Shown piece by piece: positions 49,185 to 64,000 of a stretch of 64,000 bases of DNA. Origin of the DNA: an uncultured Gammaproteobacteria bacterium (GTDB lineage Bacteria > Pseudomonadota > Gammaproteobacteria > SZUA-229); assembly GCA_913065105.1 (NCBI GenBank), contig CAJXZZ010000001.1, forward strand, positions 95,198 through 159,197, read 5' to 3'. The notes under the pieces are model-generated. The model had not been told where the DNA came from. It was given only the letters and a program-made list of their open reading frames with translations, and searched no databases. Each line of letters starts with the position of its first letter. The first letter of the stretch is position 1. The position numbers were made by a program, and so were the translations under genes.

Positions 49185-50555
49185 CTACTGTATCAAACGT
49201 TGTATATCATTAAATATAGCAACACTCATTAATAATCCAAGAATAGCAATACCGACCTGTTGTCCTCGTAGTTCGAATGCCTCAGAGACAGGTGAGCCTT
49301 TAATTATCTCGATAAGGTAATAAAACAGATGTCCGCCGTCCAACATGGGAACAGGTAATAAATTCAGTACGCCAAGGCTAACTGAGATTACAGCAAGAAA
49401 AGACAGGAAAGAAACCAGGCCGACACTAGCAGTAATACCAGCGTAAGTTGCTATGGTAATTGGCCCCGAAATATTAGATAACGAAGCCTCACCAGATACC
49501 ATCTTCCATAAAACACGGAGTGTCAATGTCGACATATCCCAGGTTTTCAGGGTCGCGTGCTTCATCGCAGCGGCCGGCGAATACTCTACGCGAGCGATCA
49601 GCATCTGCCTTACCTCTTCAGGTAAATGTTGATATGCACCAATAAAGCCCTGCTCACCATCTTTGGTTTTACGGCTTTGCGGTATGACCGTAAAAATCTC
49701 CTCTACACCGTTACGTAACACAACAAACTGCATGGCTTTATTTGGTTTTTCACGAATCATGTTTACCAGAGTAATCCACTGATCAACTTCAACACCATCG
49801 GCCTGAAGGAAAATATCACCTTTGCGTAATCCGGAACTTTCAGCTGCGCTATTTTCCATGACGCCACCGATTTCAGCTTTCAACTCTGGCAGCCACTGAT
49901 TAAACCCTATGAGCTTAAAGATATCGCCTTCATTTTCCAGTAAACGTGTATCACCGAGGGCTAGCACACGTGTATAGTCAATATTGTCGCTGCCTCTGAC
50001 CATTATCTGAAGATCGCCACCATCCAGCCCCTGATCAAGAACTTCCAGTCTAAATTCATTCCATGAATTAACCTTGCTATCACCTACCATCAATACTTCG
50101 TCCTGAACTTTAAAACCAGCACTCGCAGCGATGCTTTCAGGTTCAGCTTTACCAATAAATGGTCGATCGACGGTGGTGCCCATCATGAACACCAGCCAGT
50201 ATAAAAAAATGGCTAATATGAAATTGAATGCCGGGCCGGCAAAAACGATAGCAATACGTTTTGAGATGTTCTGATTATTGAAGGCACGTTTCTTCTCAGC
50301 ATCTGGTACATCAGCTTCGCGCTCATCAAGCATTTTGACGTAACCGCCCAGAGGAATAGCAGCGATGACATATTCAATCTCATCACCCTCTGCTGATTTT
50401 TTTACCCAGCTGAATAATGGCCTACCAAATCCAACGGAGAAACGTAAAACTTTTACGCCGACTTTACGCGCCACCCAGTAGTGGCCGAACTCATGAAAAG
50501 TTACCAGCACACCAATAGCGACTATAAAGAAAAAAATGTTATGTATTATGTCCAT
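49185..50555 (-). CDS. rseP: RIP metalloprotease RseP
   Basis: HEFGH, IPLGGYVKM, AGPAFNF, two PDZ domains, NLLPVPMLDGGH. Confidence 0.97.
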   Translation of the reverse strand: MDIIHNIFFFIVAIGVLVTFHEFGHYWVARKVGVKVLRFSVGFGRPLFSWVKKSAEGDEIEYVIAAIPLGGYVKMLDEREADVPDAEKKRAFNNQNISKRIAIVFAGPAFNFILAIFLYWLVFMMGTTVDRPFIGKAEPESIAASAGFKVQDEVLMVGDSKVNSWNEFRLEVLDQGLDGGDLQIMVRGSDNIDYTRVLALGDTRLLENEGDIFKLIGFNQWLPELKAEIGGVMENSAAESSGLRKGDIFLQADGVEVDQWITLVNMIREKPNKAMQFVVLRNGVEEIFTVIPQSRKTKDGEQGFIGAYQHLPEEVRQMLIARVEYSPAAAMKHATLKTWDMSTLTLRVLWKMVSGEASLSNISGPITIATYAGITASVGLVSFLSFLAVISVSLGVLNLLPVPMLDGGHLFYYLIEIIKGSPVSEAFELRGQQVGIAILGLLMSVAIFNDIQRLIQ

Positions 50556-50587
50556 AGAATTTAGTAATAATTAATGTAATAAATAAT

Positions 50588-51811
50588 TTAATGTATTTCT
50601 GCGATACATTTTTTTGTAATCATTCTTGCTAAAGCATCTGCTTCAAGTATCAGCTCTACCGAACTAACGTCTTCGGTAATGATTGCTAAATTTAACGTCT
50701 GCTCAATTAAATTCGCTATATCGGTAAAACCTATTTTATCATCCAGGAAAGCGGCAACAGCAACCTCATTTGCGGCATTCAACACAATCGTTGCTGAACC
50801 TCCCCTTTTTATTGCCTCATAACATAATCGCAAACAGGGAAATCGATCTAAATCTGGCTGTTCAAACTCTAGTTTTGCGACATCAAATATATTTAGTGGT
50901 TCAACCCCGGACTCAATTCTTTCCGGCCAGGCCAGTGCATGTGCGATAGGTGTGCGCATATCCGGATTACCTAACTGCGCTAATACCGAACCATCACTGT
51001 ATGTCACCATTGAGTGCATGACACTTTGCGGATGAATAACCACATCAATATTTGCGATATCCATATCAAACAGCCAGTAAGCTTCGATCAGTTCCAGCCC
51101 TTTATTCATCAGGGTTGCGGAGTCTACTGAAATCTTTTTCCCCATATCCCAGTTAGGATGATTTACCGCCTGCTCTGGCGTAACATCGTGTAACTGATCT
51201 GCCGAAAAATCTCTGAACGGCCCACCACTAGCGGTTAATAAAATACGTTCAATGCCAGACTTTACCTGTCGGTTAGTCATTTTAACCGATGAATGATATT
51301 CCGTCAGACAATCTGGCAAACATTGAAAAATAGCATTATGTTCGCTGTCAACAGGCATCAATACTGCATTATTTTCTCTCGCCGTATCGATAAACAGCTT
51401 GCCCGTCATTACCAGCGTTTCTTTATTAGCAAGTAGCACACGCTTGCCGGCTTTAGCTGCTGCTAGCGTTGGAAGCAGACCAGCCGCTCCAACGATGGCG
51501 GCAACTACACAATCTACAGCTTCATCCTCAACAACCTGTAGCAGACCAGACTCGCCGCTGAGCACTGTCGTTTGAATATTTTTGCGTTTTAGTCGCTGAG
51601 CTAGATCAGATGCTGATGTTTCATCATTCATCACAGCGTAACGTGGCGACCACTTCTCGCATAAAGCGAATAAAACATCAACATTGGTATTTGCTGTTAG
51701 CGCATGCACCTGGTAGCGATCTGGGTGCCGAGATATCACATCTAATGTACTACTACCAATACTGCCAGTTGCACCCAACAATGTGATTCGTAATTCTCCG
51801 GATTGCGTCAT
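50588..51811 (-). CDS. dxr: 1-deoxy-D-xylulose 5-phosphate reductoisomerase
   Basis: [48 protein letters not shown]. Confidence 0.98.
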   Translation of the reverse strand: MTQSGELRITLLGATGSIGSSTLDVISRHPDRYQVHALTANTNVDVLFALCEKWSPRYAVMNDETSASDLAQRLKRKNIQTTVLSGESGLLQVVEDEAVDCVVAAIVGAAGLLPTLAAAKAGKRVLLANKETLVMTGKLFIDTARENNAVLMPVDSEHNAIFQCLPDCLTEYHSSVKMTNRQVKSGIERILLTASGGPFRDFSADQLHDVTPEQAVNHPNWDMGKKISVDSATLMNKGLELIEAYWLFDMDIANIDVVIHPQSVMHSMVTYSDGSVLAQLGNPDMRTPIAHALAWPERIESGVEPLNIFDVAKLEFEQPDLDRFPCLRLCYEAIKRGGSATIVLNAANEVAVAAFLDDKIGFTDIANLIEQTLNLAIITEDVSSVELILEADALARMITKKCIAEIH

Positions 51812-52644
51812 ATTATGCTGGTGTAAATCAACCAGTTAAAACCAATGACAAATACCGGCATTGCTGCCAATACGCTATCTATTCTATCAAGTATCCCACC
51901 ATGGCCAGGCAAAATACTACCACTATCTTTCACACCTGCTTCACGTTTTAAAAAGCTGAAATACAGATCACCACTGATAGAAACAAGCGTTAATATTAAT
52001 GACAACAACACGAGTAAAGCGGCTCTTTCAGTGTTCAGGTCAAAATAATAACTGGCGAGCAGAGTATATAAGGATGTTGCCACCAAAGCACCCACCAGCC
52101 CTTCTTTTGTTTTACCTGGGCTAATATTAGGTGCCAATTTATTTTTACCAAATTTTTTGCCAGAAAAATAAGCGCCTGTGTCTGCGACCCATACCAGAGA
52201 CAAGGCGTAAAACAACCAGGCCGGACCTTGCCAGTCAACACCTATATACATCGAATGTATCTTTTCCATAGACAGCGCAGCGGCTGGAAGAACAATAAAT
52301 GCAATCAGCAACTTATCTATTTTTAGCGTTGAAGTCGGTGGTTTGGGTTTTGCATATTTAAGATAATAGCTAATACTAAACCACCACAAGACAGCCACAT
52401 AGATAGTCCATAAAATATAATCGGCCGCATACTGGTATATAGCCCAGGTAATAGCGGTGATAACGATTGCGAATACAGACCTTATATAAATATTATTTAC
52501 GCCAGACAACTTCGCCCATTCGTAGCCTGAAATCAAAACTATAAATAGGACGAAATAGAAGAAAACGGATGTTGGCTGAAAAAAAATCATCCAGCATACG
52601 AATGCCGCGAGTGGTATTGCTGTCAATATTCGTTGGTATAACAT
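51808..52644 (-). CDS. cdsA: Phosphatidate cytidylyltransferase
   Basis: [46 protein letters not shown]. Confidence 0.97.
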   Translation of the reverse strand: MLYQRILTAIPLAAFVCWMIFFQPTSVFFYFVLFIVLISGYEWAKLSGVNNIYIRSVFAIVITAITWAIYQYAADYILWTIYVAVLWWFSISYYLKYAKPKPPTSTLKIDKLLIAFIVLPAAALSMEKIHSMYIGVDWQGPAWLFYALSLVWVADTGAYFSGKKFGKNKLAPNISPGKTKEGLVGALVATSLYTLLASYYFDLNTERAALLVLLSLILTLVSISGDLYFSFLKREAGVKDSGSILPGHGGILDRIDSVLAAMPVFVIGFNWLIYTSII

Positions 52645-52714
52645 TCTATAGTCTTTTTAATGTTTAATTATTATGTTCATAGTAACGTCTGTTTTTCAGA
52701 CAGGGGTTATTTTA

Positions 52715-53467
52715 CTATTTCTCTTCGACGACCTGCTTCCCGGTTTTACCAAATCGTCTCTGCCTGCCTGCAAACCAGCTTAATGCTGCAGCAAAATGTT
52801 CGTCCGAAAAGTCAGGCCACAATGTGTCAATAAAATATAATTCGGTATATGCCAGTTGCCATATTAAAAAATTACTGATGCGCTGTTCACCGCCGGTACG
52901 AATAAACAGATCAGGTGCTGGAACATCATTCAAAGACACGAAGGAATCAAATACGCCCTCATCAATTTCTTCTATTGTCCTGTTATTATTCTGTATCTCG
53001 GTCATTAATAGCTTACAGGCATTGACCACATCCCAACGACCACCGTAATTTGCTGCAATATTTAAATGTAAACCCGTATTGTTTACTGTTAACGCTTCAG
53101 ACTCATTGATACTGTTTTGCAATTTCTCAGAAAACCTGGACCTGTCACCGATAAATTCCACGCGAACGTTTTTCTTATGCAGTTTTTTTACTTCGCCGCT
53201 TATGGTCGTTATAAACAAAGCCATTAAGTTGCTAACTTCTGTTTCAGGACGATTCCAGTTCTCGCTGCTAAAAGCAAAGATAGTCAACGCCTGTATTTTA
53301 TTTTTCGCGCAATTCTCGACAATTTTTCGCGTCGCATTAACGCCAGCCTTATGTCCAGCAGCGCGTGGCAGATGTCGTTTGTTTGCCCAACGTCCGTTAC
53401 CGTCCATTACCACTGCTATATGCCGGGGTAATAATTTATCGTTATTTTCTATATCTATATTCATCAA
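52715..53467 (-). CDS. uppS: Undecaprenyl diphosphate synthase
   Basis: HIAVVMDGNGRWA, FAFSSENWNRP, DLFIRTGGEQRISNFLIWQ. Confidence 0.98.
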   Translation of the reverse strand: MMNIDIENNDKLLPRHIAVVMDGNGRWANKRHLPRAAGHKAGVNATRKIVENCAKNKIQALTIFAFSSENWNRPETEVSNLMALFITTISGEVKKLHKKNVRVEFIGDRSRFSEKLQNSINESEALTVNNTGLHLNIAANYGGRWDVVNACKLLMTEIQNNNRTIEEIDEGVFDSFVSLNDVPAPDLFIRTGGEQRISNFLIWQLAYTELYFIDTLWPDFSDEHFAAALSWFAGRQRRFGKTGKQVVEEK

Positions 53468-53563
53468 TGCAATTAGAAAAAACCAGTCGCGAACACTTTA
53501 CAGAACAATACAACATCTACGTATATTCTTAGTAGCTATATCTATCCTGCAATAAACAGCAGA

Positions 53564-54121
53564 TTAGATTTCCATCAATTCTTTTTCTTTCACCGCAATC
53601 ACTTCATCGACACCAGCAACATACTTGTCAGTAATCTTCTGTACATTATCTTCAGCTTGTCGACTTTCATCTTCAGAAATTTCTTTTTCCTTCAATAGTT
53701 CTTTCAGATCACTGTTAGCATCTCGCCTGATATTACGAACTGCTACTTTTGTGTTTTCACCTTCATTCTTTACCACTTTCACCAATTCGCGACGTCGCTC
53801 TTCCGTCAGAGGCGGCATTGGTATACGAATCAGATTACCTGCCGTTGAAGGATTTAAACCTAAACCTGAATTCATAATGGCTTTCTCAACAACAGAAACC
53901 ATTTGCTTTTCCCATGGTGCCACCGCAAGCGTTCTCGAGTCTTCAACCGTAACGTTAGCTACCTGATTGATCGGTGTATCAGTACCATAATAATCAACCA
54001 CTATCTGGTCGAGCAAACTTGGGTGTGCACGCCCTGTTCTTATTTTTATTAATTCGGAGCGTAATGAATCAACACTTTTTCCCATACGTGTTTCTGCGTC
54101 AGTAAGAATTCCGTCAATCAT
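53564..54121 (-). CDS. frr: Ribosome recycling factor
   Basis: [30 protein letters not shown]. Confidence 0.98.
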   Translation of the reverse strand: MIDGILTDAETRMGKSVDSLRSELIKIRTGRAHPSLLDQIVVDYYGTDTPINQVANVTVEDSRTLAVAPWEKQMVSVVEKAIMNSGLGLNPSTAGNLIRIPMPPLTEERRRELVKVVKNEGENTKVAVRNIRRDANSDLKELLKEKEISEDESRQAEDNVQKITDKYVAGVDEVIAVKEKELMEI

Positions 54122-54852
54122 TGCTTATCCCCCATCAAAACTGTTGTACCAATTGATTTATCTTTCATGACCGCCGGTAAGGCGCCCACTTTATTTAAAT
54201 TAAATATTCTTAATGGTAGCTTATTGTCGCGACACAAGACTATAGCCGTTGCGTCCATCACCTTTAAGTCTTTATCGAGCACTTCATTAAATGATAAAGA
54301 CTCATAACGTACCGCATCTGGATTTGTTGCAGGATCAGAGTCATAAACGCCATCTACTTTGGTCGCTTTAAGTACAATATCAGCACCAACCTCTATGGCA
54401 CGTAAACATCCAGCTGTATCCGTGGTGAAAAATGGATTACCAATGCCTGCCGCAAAGATAACAATTCGGCCTTTCTCAAGATGCCTGATCGCACGGCGCT
54501 GAACATATTCTTCGCACATTCGATTGATTTTTATTGCCGACATAACGCGACAGCTCATACCTTGCTTCTCCAGCGCATCCTGCATAGCGAGACTGTTTAT
54601 AACAGTAGCCAACATACCCATATGGTCGCCGGTAACACGATCGATACCAGACTGTACCAGACCGGCGCCGCGGAAAATGTTGCCACCGCCGATAACCAGC
54701 GCCACCTCTATTCCCATATTAACGACTTCTGTAATCTCCGATGCAACACGTTTTAACATTTCTGCATCAATACCATAATCGAGCTCACCCATTAAGGCTT
54801 CACCGCTCAGTTTTAGTAATACGCGTTTATAGTTAGCCGGTGTTGTCGTCAT
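54118..54852 (-). CDS. pyrH: Uridylate kinase
   Basis: [30 protein letters not shown]. Start set at 54852 with an AGGAG RBS upstream. Confidence 0.98.
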   Translation of the reverse strand: MTTTPANYKRVLLKLSGEALMGELDYGIDAEMLKRVASEITEVVNMGIEVALVIGGGNIFRGAGLVQSGIDRVTGDHMGMLATVINSLAMQDALEKQGMSCRVMSAIKINRMCEEYVQRRAIRHLEKGRIVIFAAGIGNPFFTTDTAGCLRAIEVGADIVLKATKVDGVYDSDPATNPDAVRYESLSFNEVLDKDLKVMDATAIVLCRDNKLPLRIFNLNKVGALPAVMKDKSIGTTVLMGDKQ

Positions 54853-54909
54853 CGTTATGTCCACTCCTACTTTTTAATTAGTTTATTTTTATAATTCTGT
54901 TCTGTACAC

Positions 54910-54934
54910 AAAAAACCGGGAGATGTCCCCCGGT
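54910..54934 (-). terminator. Probable intrinsic terminator/attenuator after tsf
   Basis: Minus strand ACCGGGGGACATCTCCCGGT followed by a T tract. Confidence 0.55.
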
Positions 54935-55088
54935 ATTTTGTTAACAATATATATTATCCATTGCCTATAAAGATAAGTATGAATTTTTCATACAGACCAT
55001 CTATATGTTCGCTATCTATATATATGTTATGACTCATTTATAAATATTTATCCTGTATTTATAATTTCCTGGTTCAAGCTGTTTAGAC

Positions 55089-55973
55089 CTAACCGTTTAC
55101 CTGAGCCATTACTTCATCAGCAAAGTTTTCTACTTTTTTCTCGATGCCTTCTCCAACTTCAAAACGAACAAAGGTATTCACGGTAGCACCGGCATCTGAA
55201 AGTAGCGTTTCAACTGTGATATCTGGATTTTTGACAAAAGCCTGACCAAGCAGTGTTATTTCAGCAAGATATTTACGAATACGACCCGCCAGCATCTTCT
55301 CAACGATGTCTGCGGGTTTACCGCTTTCTAGCGCCTGGGCACGTAGAATATCTTTTTCTTTCTCAAGCAGCTCAGCTGAGACATCAGCTTCACTAACACA
55401 GACGGGATTACTCGCAGCGATATGCATAGCAACATCTTTGATCAGATCTTCGTTGCCATTTTCCATCTCAACCAGCACACCCATGCGCGCACCATGTAGA
55501 TAGCTGCCAAACATTCCATTTTCAGTCGAAAGTAACTCGAAACGACGAAGCTGAATATTCTCACCAATTTTAACGATCTTAGCTTTACGTGCTTCTTCAA
55601 TTGTTTCAGAAGATCCGTCTAGTGTCATTGCTGATAAAGCATCAATGTCCGCTGGTTGGGTATTTAGAGCCGTATTCGCAATAGCGGTGACAAAAGAAAG
55701 AAAATCCTCTCCACCTGAAACAAAGTCCGTCTCACAGTTTACTTCTACTACCGCAGCTTTTTTACCATCTTCGCTTATCGCGATGACTACGCGGCCTTCA
55801 GCAGCAATACGTCCTGATTTTTTATCAGCCTTTGCCATACCAGATTTACGCATATTTTCGATTGCTACATCGATATTACCTTCTGCTTCCTGCAGCGCTT
55901 TTTTACATTCCATCATGCCTGAACCTGTACGTTCACGCAGTTCTTTAACCATTGAAGCTGTAATTTGCATCAC
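55089..55973 (-). CDS. tsf: Elongation factor Ts
   Basis: [40 protein letters not shown]. Confidence 0.99.
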   Translation of the reverse strand: MMQITASMVKELRERTGSGMMECKKALQEAEGNIDVAIENMRKSGMAKADKKSGRIAAEGRVVIAISEDGKKAAVVEVNCETDFVSGGEDFLSFVTAIANTALNTQPADIDALSAMTLDGSSETIEEARKAKIVKIGENIQLRRFELLSTENGMFGSYLHGARMGVLVEMENGNEDLIKDVAMHIAASNPVCVSEADVSAELLEKEKDILRAQALESGKPADIVEKMLAGRIRKYLAEITLLGQAFVKNPDITVETLLSDAGATVNTFVRFEVGEGIEKKVENFADEVMAQVNG

Positions 55974-56027
55974 AGTAACCTCTTATAAAATTTCTTAAAA
56001 ATAATGTGTAGAAAAAATTACAGACTT

Positions 56028-57035
56028 TTATTCCGCATCTTTAGCAGCAGCTTTCTTTTTAGGCGCTGCTTTTTTCTTCACTGCTGCTTTCTTTTTAGGC
56101 GCAGCCTTTTTCACTGCAGCTTTCTTTTTAACTGCTGCTTTTTTCACTGGTGCTGCTTTTTTCTCTGGTGCTGCTTCTTTCTCTGGCGCTGCTTGTTTTT
56201 CTGGTGCTGCTTCAGCAGATACCTCGGCAACTTTTTCTGGCTCAGCTACTTCTTCAGCAGGCGCTTCTTTAACCGCTTCTACTTTAGGTTTTGCGGCCAC
56301 TTTCTTGGGTGCTGCTTTCTTTTCTACCGGCTCAGCTTTACGCTGTATCACGGCTGATGCACGGCCTTCGATGATGGCATCTGCAATCCCTTGAGCATAT
56401 AACTGGATAGCTTTAATGGCATCATCGTTACCAGGAATAACGTAATCAACACCATCAGGTGAATTGTTTGAATCGACAACACCAAATACCGGGATACCTA
56501 AAGTATTGGCTTCATTAATCGCGATATCCTCATGACCTACATCGATAACAAAAATTGCATTTGGCAGACCTTTCATGTCTTTAATGCCGCCTAGTACTTT
56601 TTCTTTTTTAATCATCTCACGAGTCAGCGTCAACTGCTCTTTTTTGTTCAAACGGTCAAAACTACCGTTTTCTGACATCTCTTCCAGTTCTTTCAAACGT
56701 GATATTGATTGACGAATTGTTTTGTAGTTAGTCAACATGCCACCTAACCAGCGATGACTAACATAAGGCATGCCGCAACGTCGTGCCTCTTCAGACATAA
56801 TACCTCGCGCTGCGCGCTTAGTACCAACAAACAGGATGCTGCCGCGGTCAGCCGCGATTTTGCCGAGCATATTCACTGCATCGTTATACATAGGCAGTGT
56901 TTTTTCTAAATTGATAATGTGAATTTTGTTTCGTGATCCAAAAATGTATTCAGACATTTTAGGGTTCCAGAAACGAGTTTGATGACCAAAATGCACGCCT
57001 GCTTCAAGCATCAGACGCATAGATACGTTAGACAT
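56028..57035 (-). CDS. rpsB: 30S ribosomal protein S2 with long Lys/Ala/Pro/Glu-rich C-terminal extension
   Basis: [29 protein letters not shown]; about 100-aa low-complexity tail. Confidence 0.99.
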   Translation of the reverse strand: MSNVSMRLMLEAGVHFGHQTRFWNPKMSEYIFGSRNKIHIINLEKTLPMYNDAVNMLGKIAADRGSILFVGTKRAARGIMSEEARRCGMPYVSHRWLGGMLTNYKTIRQSISRLKELEEMSENGSFDRLNKKEQLTLTREMIKKEKVLGGIKDMKGLPNAIFVIDVGHEDIAINEANTLGIPVFGVVDSNNSPDGVDYVIPGNDDAIKAIQLYAQGIADAIIEGRASAVIQRKAEPVEKKAAPKKVAAKPKVEAVKEAPAEEVAEPEKVAEVSAEAAPEKQAAPEKEAAPEKKAAPVKKAAVKKKAAVKKAAPKKKAAVKKKAAPKKKAAAKDAE

Positions 57036-57051
57036 AGATATTCTCCAGTTA

Positions 57052-57158
57052 GGGTTAAGCCTCCATACACCCCATGCAAAAAACTGTTTAAGCCGATACT
57101 TTCTTAAGTATTTTTGCTTAAATCAGCACCCAATCACATGTGTCGGTATATGTGCGTA
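57052..57158 (-). ncRNA. t44: rpsB leader (t44 / S2 autoregulatory RNA)
   Basis: Minus strand CGCACATATACCGACACATG..GGGTGC...ATGGGGTGTATGGAGGCTTAACCC resembles the conserved gammaproteobacterial rpsB leader; located between map and rpsB. Confidence 0.85.
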
Positions 57159-57369
57159 TTTAAATAAGATATAGTTAGCCCTTATGACAATATTTGACCA
57201 AAACACTGATTCAAAACATTGCCGAATGCATAAAAATATCACTCGGTTGCGCTAAGTTTTCTCAGCGCGGGCGCTTTATACCATATGTAACCGAAATAAA
57301 CAACGATATTTTATCGCGCCAACACCCCAAATTAAACGATAACCAACTGATTATAAAGAACAATTCTAC

Positions 57370-58137
57370 ATGACCATATTAATTAAAGATTCACAGGAAA
57401 TAGAAAAAATGCGTATCGCTGGACGACTTGCTGGCGAGGTCCTGCAGATGATCCGTCCGCATATTAAAACCGGTATCACGACCAACGAACTCGATAAGAT
57501 ATGCCACGATTATATCGTCGATGTGCAAAAAGCTATTCCCGCGCCTTTAAATTATCACGGTTTTCCAAAATCCATATGCACCTCAGTCAATCATCAGATC
57601 TGCCACGGTATACCGAGTGATAAGAAATTGAAGAAAGGTGACATCATAAATATCGATATCACCGTCATTAAGGACGACTATCATGGCGATACCAGCAAAA
57701 TGTTTTTTGTCGGAGAACCACCGATACCCGCCAAACGCGTCAGTCAGATCGCGCATGAGTGCATGAAACTGGGAATCGATCAGGTTGAACCAGGGGCGCA
57801 TCTGGGTGATATTGGTCATGTTATCCAGCAGCATGCAGAAGCTAACAATTTCTCGGTGGTCAGAGAGTACTGTGGCCACGGCATAGGCAAAGGTTTTCAC
57901 GAAGACCCGCAGGTTTTGCATTATGGCAAAGCCGGCACCGGTATTATCCTCGAACCCGGAATGATCTTCACCATTGAGCCGATGATTAATGCCGGCAAGC
58001 GTCACGTCAAATTACTCAATGATAACTGGACTGTGGTCACCAAGGATCATAGTGCGTCAGCCCAGTGGGAACACACTATTCTGGTAACCAATGATGGCCA
58101 CGACGTTCTGACGCAATGCGAAGGTGATGAGGTTTAA
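57370..58137 (+). CDS. map: Methionine aminopeptidase type I
   Basis: FPKSICTSVNHQICHGIP, NIDIT, GDTS, CGHGIG, FHEDP, TIEPM, QWEHT. Confidence 0.99.
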   Translation: MTILIKDSQEIEKMRIAGRLAGEVLQMIRPHIKTGITTNELDKICHDYIVDVQKAIPAPLNYHGFPKSICTSVNHQICHGIPSDKKLKKGDIINIDITVIKDDYHGDTSKMFFVGEPPIPAKRVSQIAHECMKLGIDQVEPGAHLGDIGHVIQQHAEANNFSVVREYCGHGIGKGFHEDPQVLHYGKAGTGIILEPGMIFTIEPMINAGKRHVKLLNDNWTVVTKDHSASAQWEHTILVTNDGHDVLTQCEGDEV

Positions 58138-58197
58138 GTACCTATATAAAAACTGATTAAATAAAAGCTGATTAAATCGAAGAACCTCAGATCAATC

Positions 58198-58263
58198 TCT
58201 CGCATAGGCGCAAAGTGCGCCAGGGATAAAAAAATACTTTGCGTTCTTTGAGCCTATGCGAGA
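58198..58263. repeat. REP-like palindrome (CGCAAAG type) between map and glnD
   Basis: Perfect 12-bp outer arms TCTCGCATAGGC / GCCTATGCGAGA with degenerate inner GCAAAG../..CTTTGC units. Confidence 0.75.
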
Positions 58264-58320
58264 AAAACACAGATTCCTTAATTGACCCGTAGCGTAGCCC
58301 GACAGTAATACAAAAAAATT

Positions 58321-62164
<3,844 letters not shown>

Positions 62165-62270
62165 TGATATTCAATTTTCAATTGGGGTCAAAGGGACTGA
62201 ATTACCCATATAACTTGCTTGCTCTGCAGTGTTACTATATTAATTAAATAAACAATACGAGGGATAAATT

Positions 62271-62654
62271 ATGAATCGTGAAAAGGTATGGTTTAGCTTT
62301 TTTATGATCCTGGCGCTAACGCTAAATTTCGGCTTCTTCTATGGCGAAATTGACGATCCGATACACCACAATGTCTATGAATTATTTGCTGTAATCGTGG
62401 TTAATCTTATCGCGACGATAATGAAGTTTGGTGATAAAACACAGATGGGCGCCATGTTGCTGGCAACCAGCCTGGTTGCAGTGGTACAACTTTTTGCCGC
62501 ATCTTTTGTCTGGATATTCGCCGAACACATCCAACAGACCGGTCTCACCGCCACCAGCATGTCCACCATCGTGGCTTTAAGCGGTGGTGCGATGTTAGCT
62601 AACATTATTTCAGTTATTCTGCTTATGATTGAAGCATCACGGTTTGAAAGATAG
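62271..62654 (+). CDS. Small membrane protein (about 4 TM helices, DUF6394-like)
   Basis: FFMILALTLNFGFFYG, NLIAT.MKFGD.TQ.GA.LLATSLVA; family assignment from memory only. Confidence 0.7.
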   Translation: MNREKVWFSFFMILALTLNFGFFYGEIDDPIHHNVYELFAVIVVNLIATIMKFGDKTQMGAMLLATSLVAVVQLFAASFVWIFAEHIQQTGLTATSMSTIVALSGGAMLANIISVILLMIEASRFER

Positions 62655-62706
62655 ACGATTAACGCGCCTCTGTTGCAGCAAAACATTCTAAACGTGAAGT
62701 CACATC

Positions 62707-64000
62707 ATGAATGAAGTTACCGCATTATTTTTACGGCGAATCAAAGCGCCATTAATATTAATGGTAACCGTTTATAGCATTGCCATCTTAGGTATGATTT
62801 TAATACCCGGCATTGATGAAAATGGCGATAGCTGGCATATGAGTATATTCCATGCTTTTTATTTCGTCAGTTACACAGCAACAACTATCGGCTTTGGTGA
62901 AATCCCCTACCCCCTGACTGAAGCGCAACGACTGTGGACAGTTTTTATTATCTACATGACTGTTATTTCCTGGTTTTATGCACTAGGGACTGTGATCAGT
63001 CTATACCAAGATAAAGCTTTTCAAACTGAACGAAAAAAATCAAGATTTAAACGTGATGTCAGGAATGTTAATCGCCCTTATTATGTCGTCTGTGGTTATG
63101 GTGAAACCGGCAAAGCAGTTGTTGATGCATTACTCGATGAACATTTTGGCGCGGTTGTTATCGAACAGATTGAAGATCTAAGTGAGATCAGTATTCATGA
63201 CAAACTTGTGCATGTGCCATACCTAACTGCAGACGCTTCCAAACCCGAAGTATTAGAGTATGCGGGCGTACACCAGGATAAATGCCGAGGTGTTATTGCA
63301 GTAACATCATCTGATGAAACAAATCTAATCATAGCCATCAGTAGCAAATTATTACATCCCAATGTAGTAGTTATCTGTCGCTCAGATAATAAAGAACATG
63401 AAGATAATATGCTCTCATTCGGTACCGACCATATTATCAATCCGTTTGAAAGTTTTGCAGAAGTTTTCAGAATGAGTTTGCACTCACCCTCTATGGAATT
63501 GATCTATGACTGGTTAACAGGCGCGCCAAACACCTCGTTAAGCACGCCCCTAAATATAGAATCAGGGCACTGGATCTTATCTGGCTATGGCCGTTTTGGA
63601 AAACAGCTGCACAAAGAATTGCGCATAAAAAATATCCGCACTGTCATCATAGATCCACGAAAAAAAATCAAAACAGAGTTCTTTAAAAATAATCAAACTG
63701 ATGATGATTTCATTATCGGCACTGGCACCGATGCAGAAACTTTAACTAAAGCAGGCATAGATACTGCAGCAGGTGTCATCGCAGGTACTGACAACGACTC
63801 AAATAATCTTTCGATCATCATGACTGCACGGCAACTTAATAAAAATGTCTTTGTTATTGGTCGTGAAAATTCTTATAAAAATAAATTGTTATACAAAAAA
63901 GTTAATGATCACTACCAAACAGACATCCACAGAAACATCGAGGACATTTCAACTGTCGCACATCTGACCATGCAACCCAGTGAAATCATTGCCAGAGAAA
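62707..64000 (+). CDS. Potassium channel with tandem RCK/TrkA-N domains, runs off the window
   Basis: Not in the ORF track. Manual translation: MNEVTALFLRR...FYFVSYTATTIGFGE (K+ selectivity filter), VVCGYGETG and WILSGYGRFG Rossmann motifs; no stop seen in the in-frame stretches checked. Confidence 0.92.
   Translation, partial: MNEVTALFLRRIKAPLILMVTVYSIAILGMILIPGIDENGDSWHMSIFHAFYFVSYTATTIGFGEIPYPLTEAQRLWTVFIIYMTVISWFYALGTVISLYQDKAFQTERKKSRFKRDVRNVNRPYYVVCGYGETGKAVVDALLDEHFGAVVIEQIEDLSEISIHDKLVHVPYLTADASKPEVLEYAGVHQDKCRGVIAVTSSDETNLIIAISSKLLHPNVVVICRSDNKEHEDNMLSFGTDHIINPFESFAEVFRMSLHSPSMELIYDWLTGAPNTSLSTPLNIESGHWILSGYGRFGKQLHKELRIKNIRTVIIDPRKKIKTEFFKNNQTDDDFIIGTGTDAETLTKAGIDTAAGVIAGTDNDSNNLSIIMTARQLNKNVFVIGRENSYKNKLLYKKVNDHYQTDIHRNIEDISTVAHLTMQPSEIIARE

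Noticed and set aside
56004-56357. Phe/Cys/Leu-rich plus-strand ORF and short tandem repeats
   Set aside because: Antisense of the rpsB low-complexity tail; the repeats are codon-level, not a CRISPR array (no unique spacers, no cas genes).

Overview
Chromosomal window from a Gammaproteobacterium (probably an environmental or marine lineage; taxonomy inferred from gene order only). Two halves of a conserved housekeeping gene string lie on the minus strand: rpsB-tsf-pyrH-frr-uppS-cdsA-dxr-rseP-bamA-skp-lpxD-fabZ-lpxA (57035-43743) and pyrG-kdsA-eno-ftsB-ispD-ispF (6616-1120). map-glnD-dapE and a K+ channel locus run divergently at the right end. The lpxB-rnhB-dnaE-accA-tilS segment that usually joins the two halves is absent, and about 37 kb of accessory genes sit there instead. 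These include zapE, ylqF, maeB, transporters, three c-di-GMP enzymes (two with degenerate motifs), an RND pair, an Atm1-like ABC transporter, ompW and two FNR-type boxes. The best candidate for an undescribed system is the convergent cluster at 35073-43560. It has a variant IscA and an ATP-grasp ligase on +, and a tightly spaced minus-strand run of hypothetical protein, thiopurine methyltransferase, M16C peptidase, formyltransferase paralogue, radical SAM enzyme with a Cys-rich tail, and divergent YggX. Several REP-like palindromes and one possible structured RNA (16660-16746) were also seen. No tRNA, rRNA, CRISPR array, integrase or transposase was found. All assignments come from manual motif recognition; no database searches were run.
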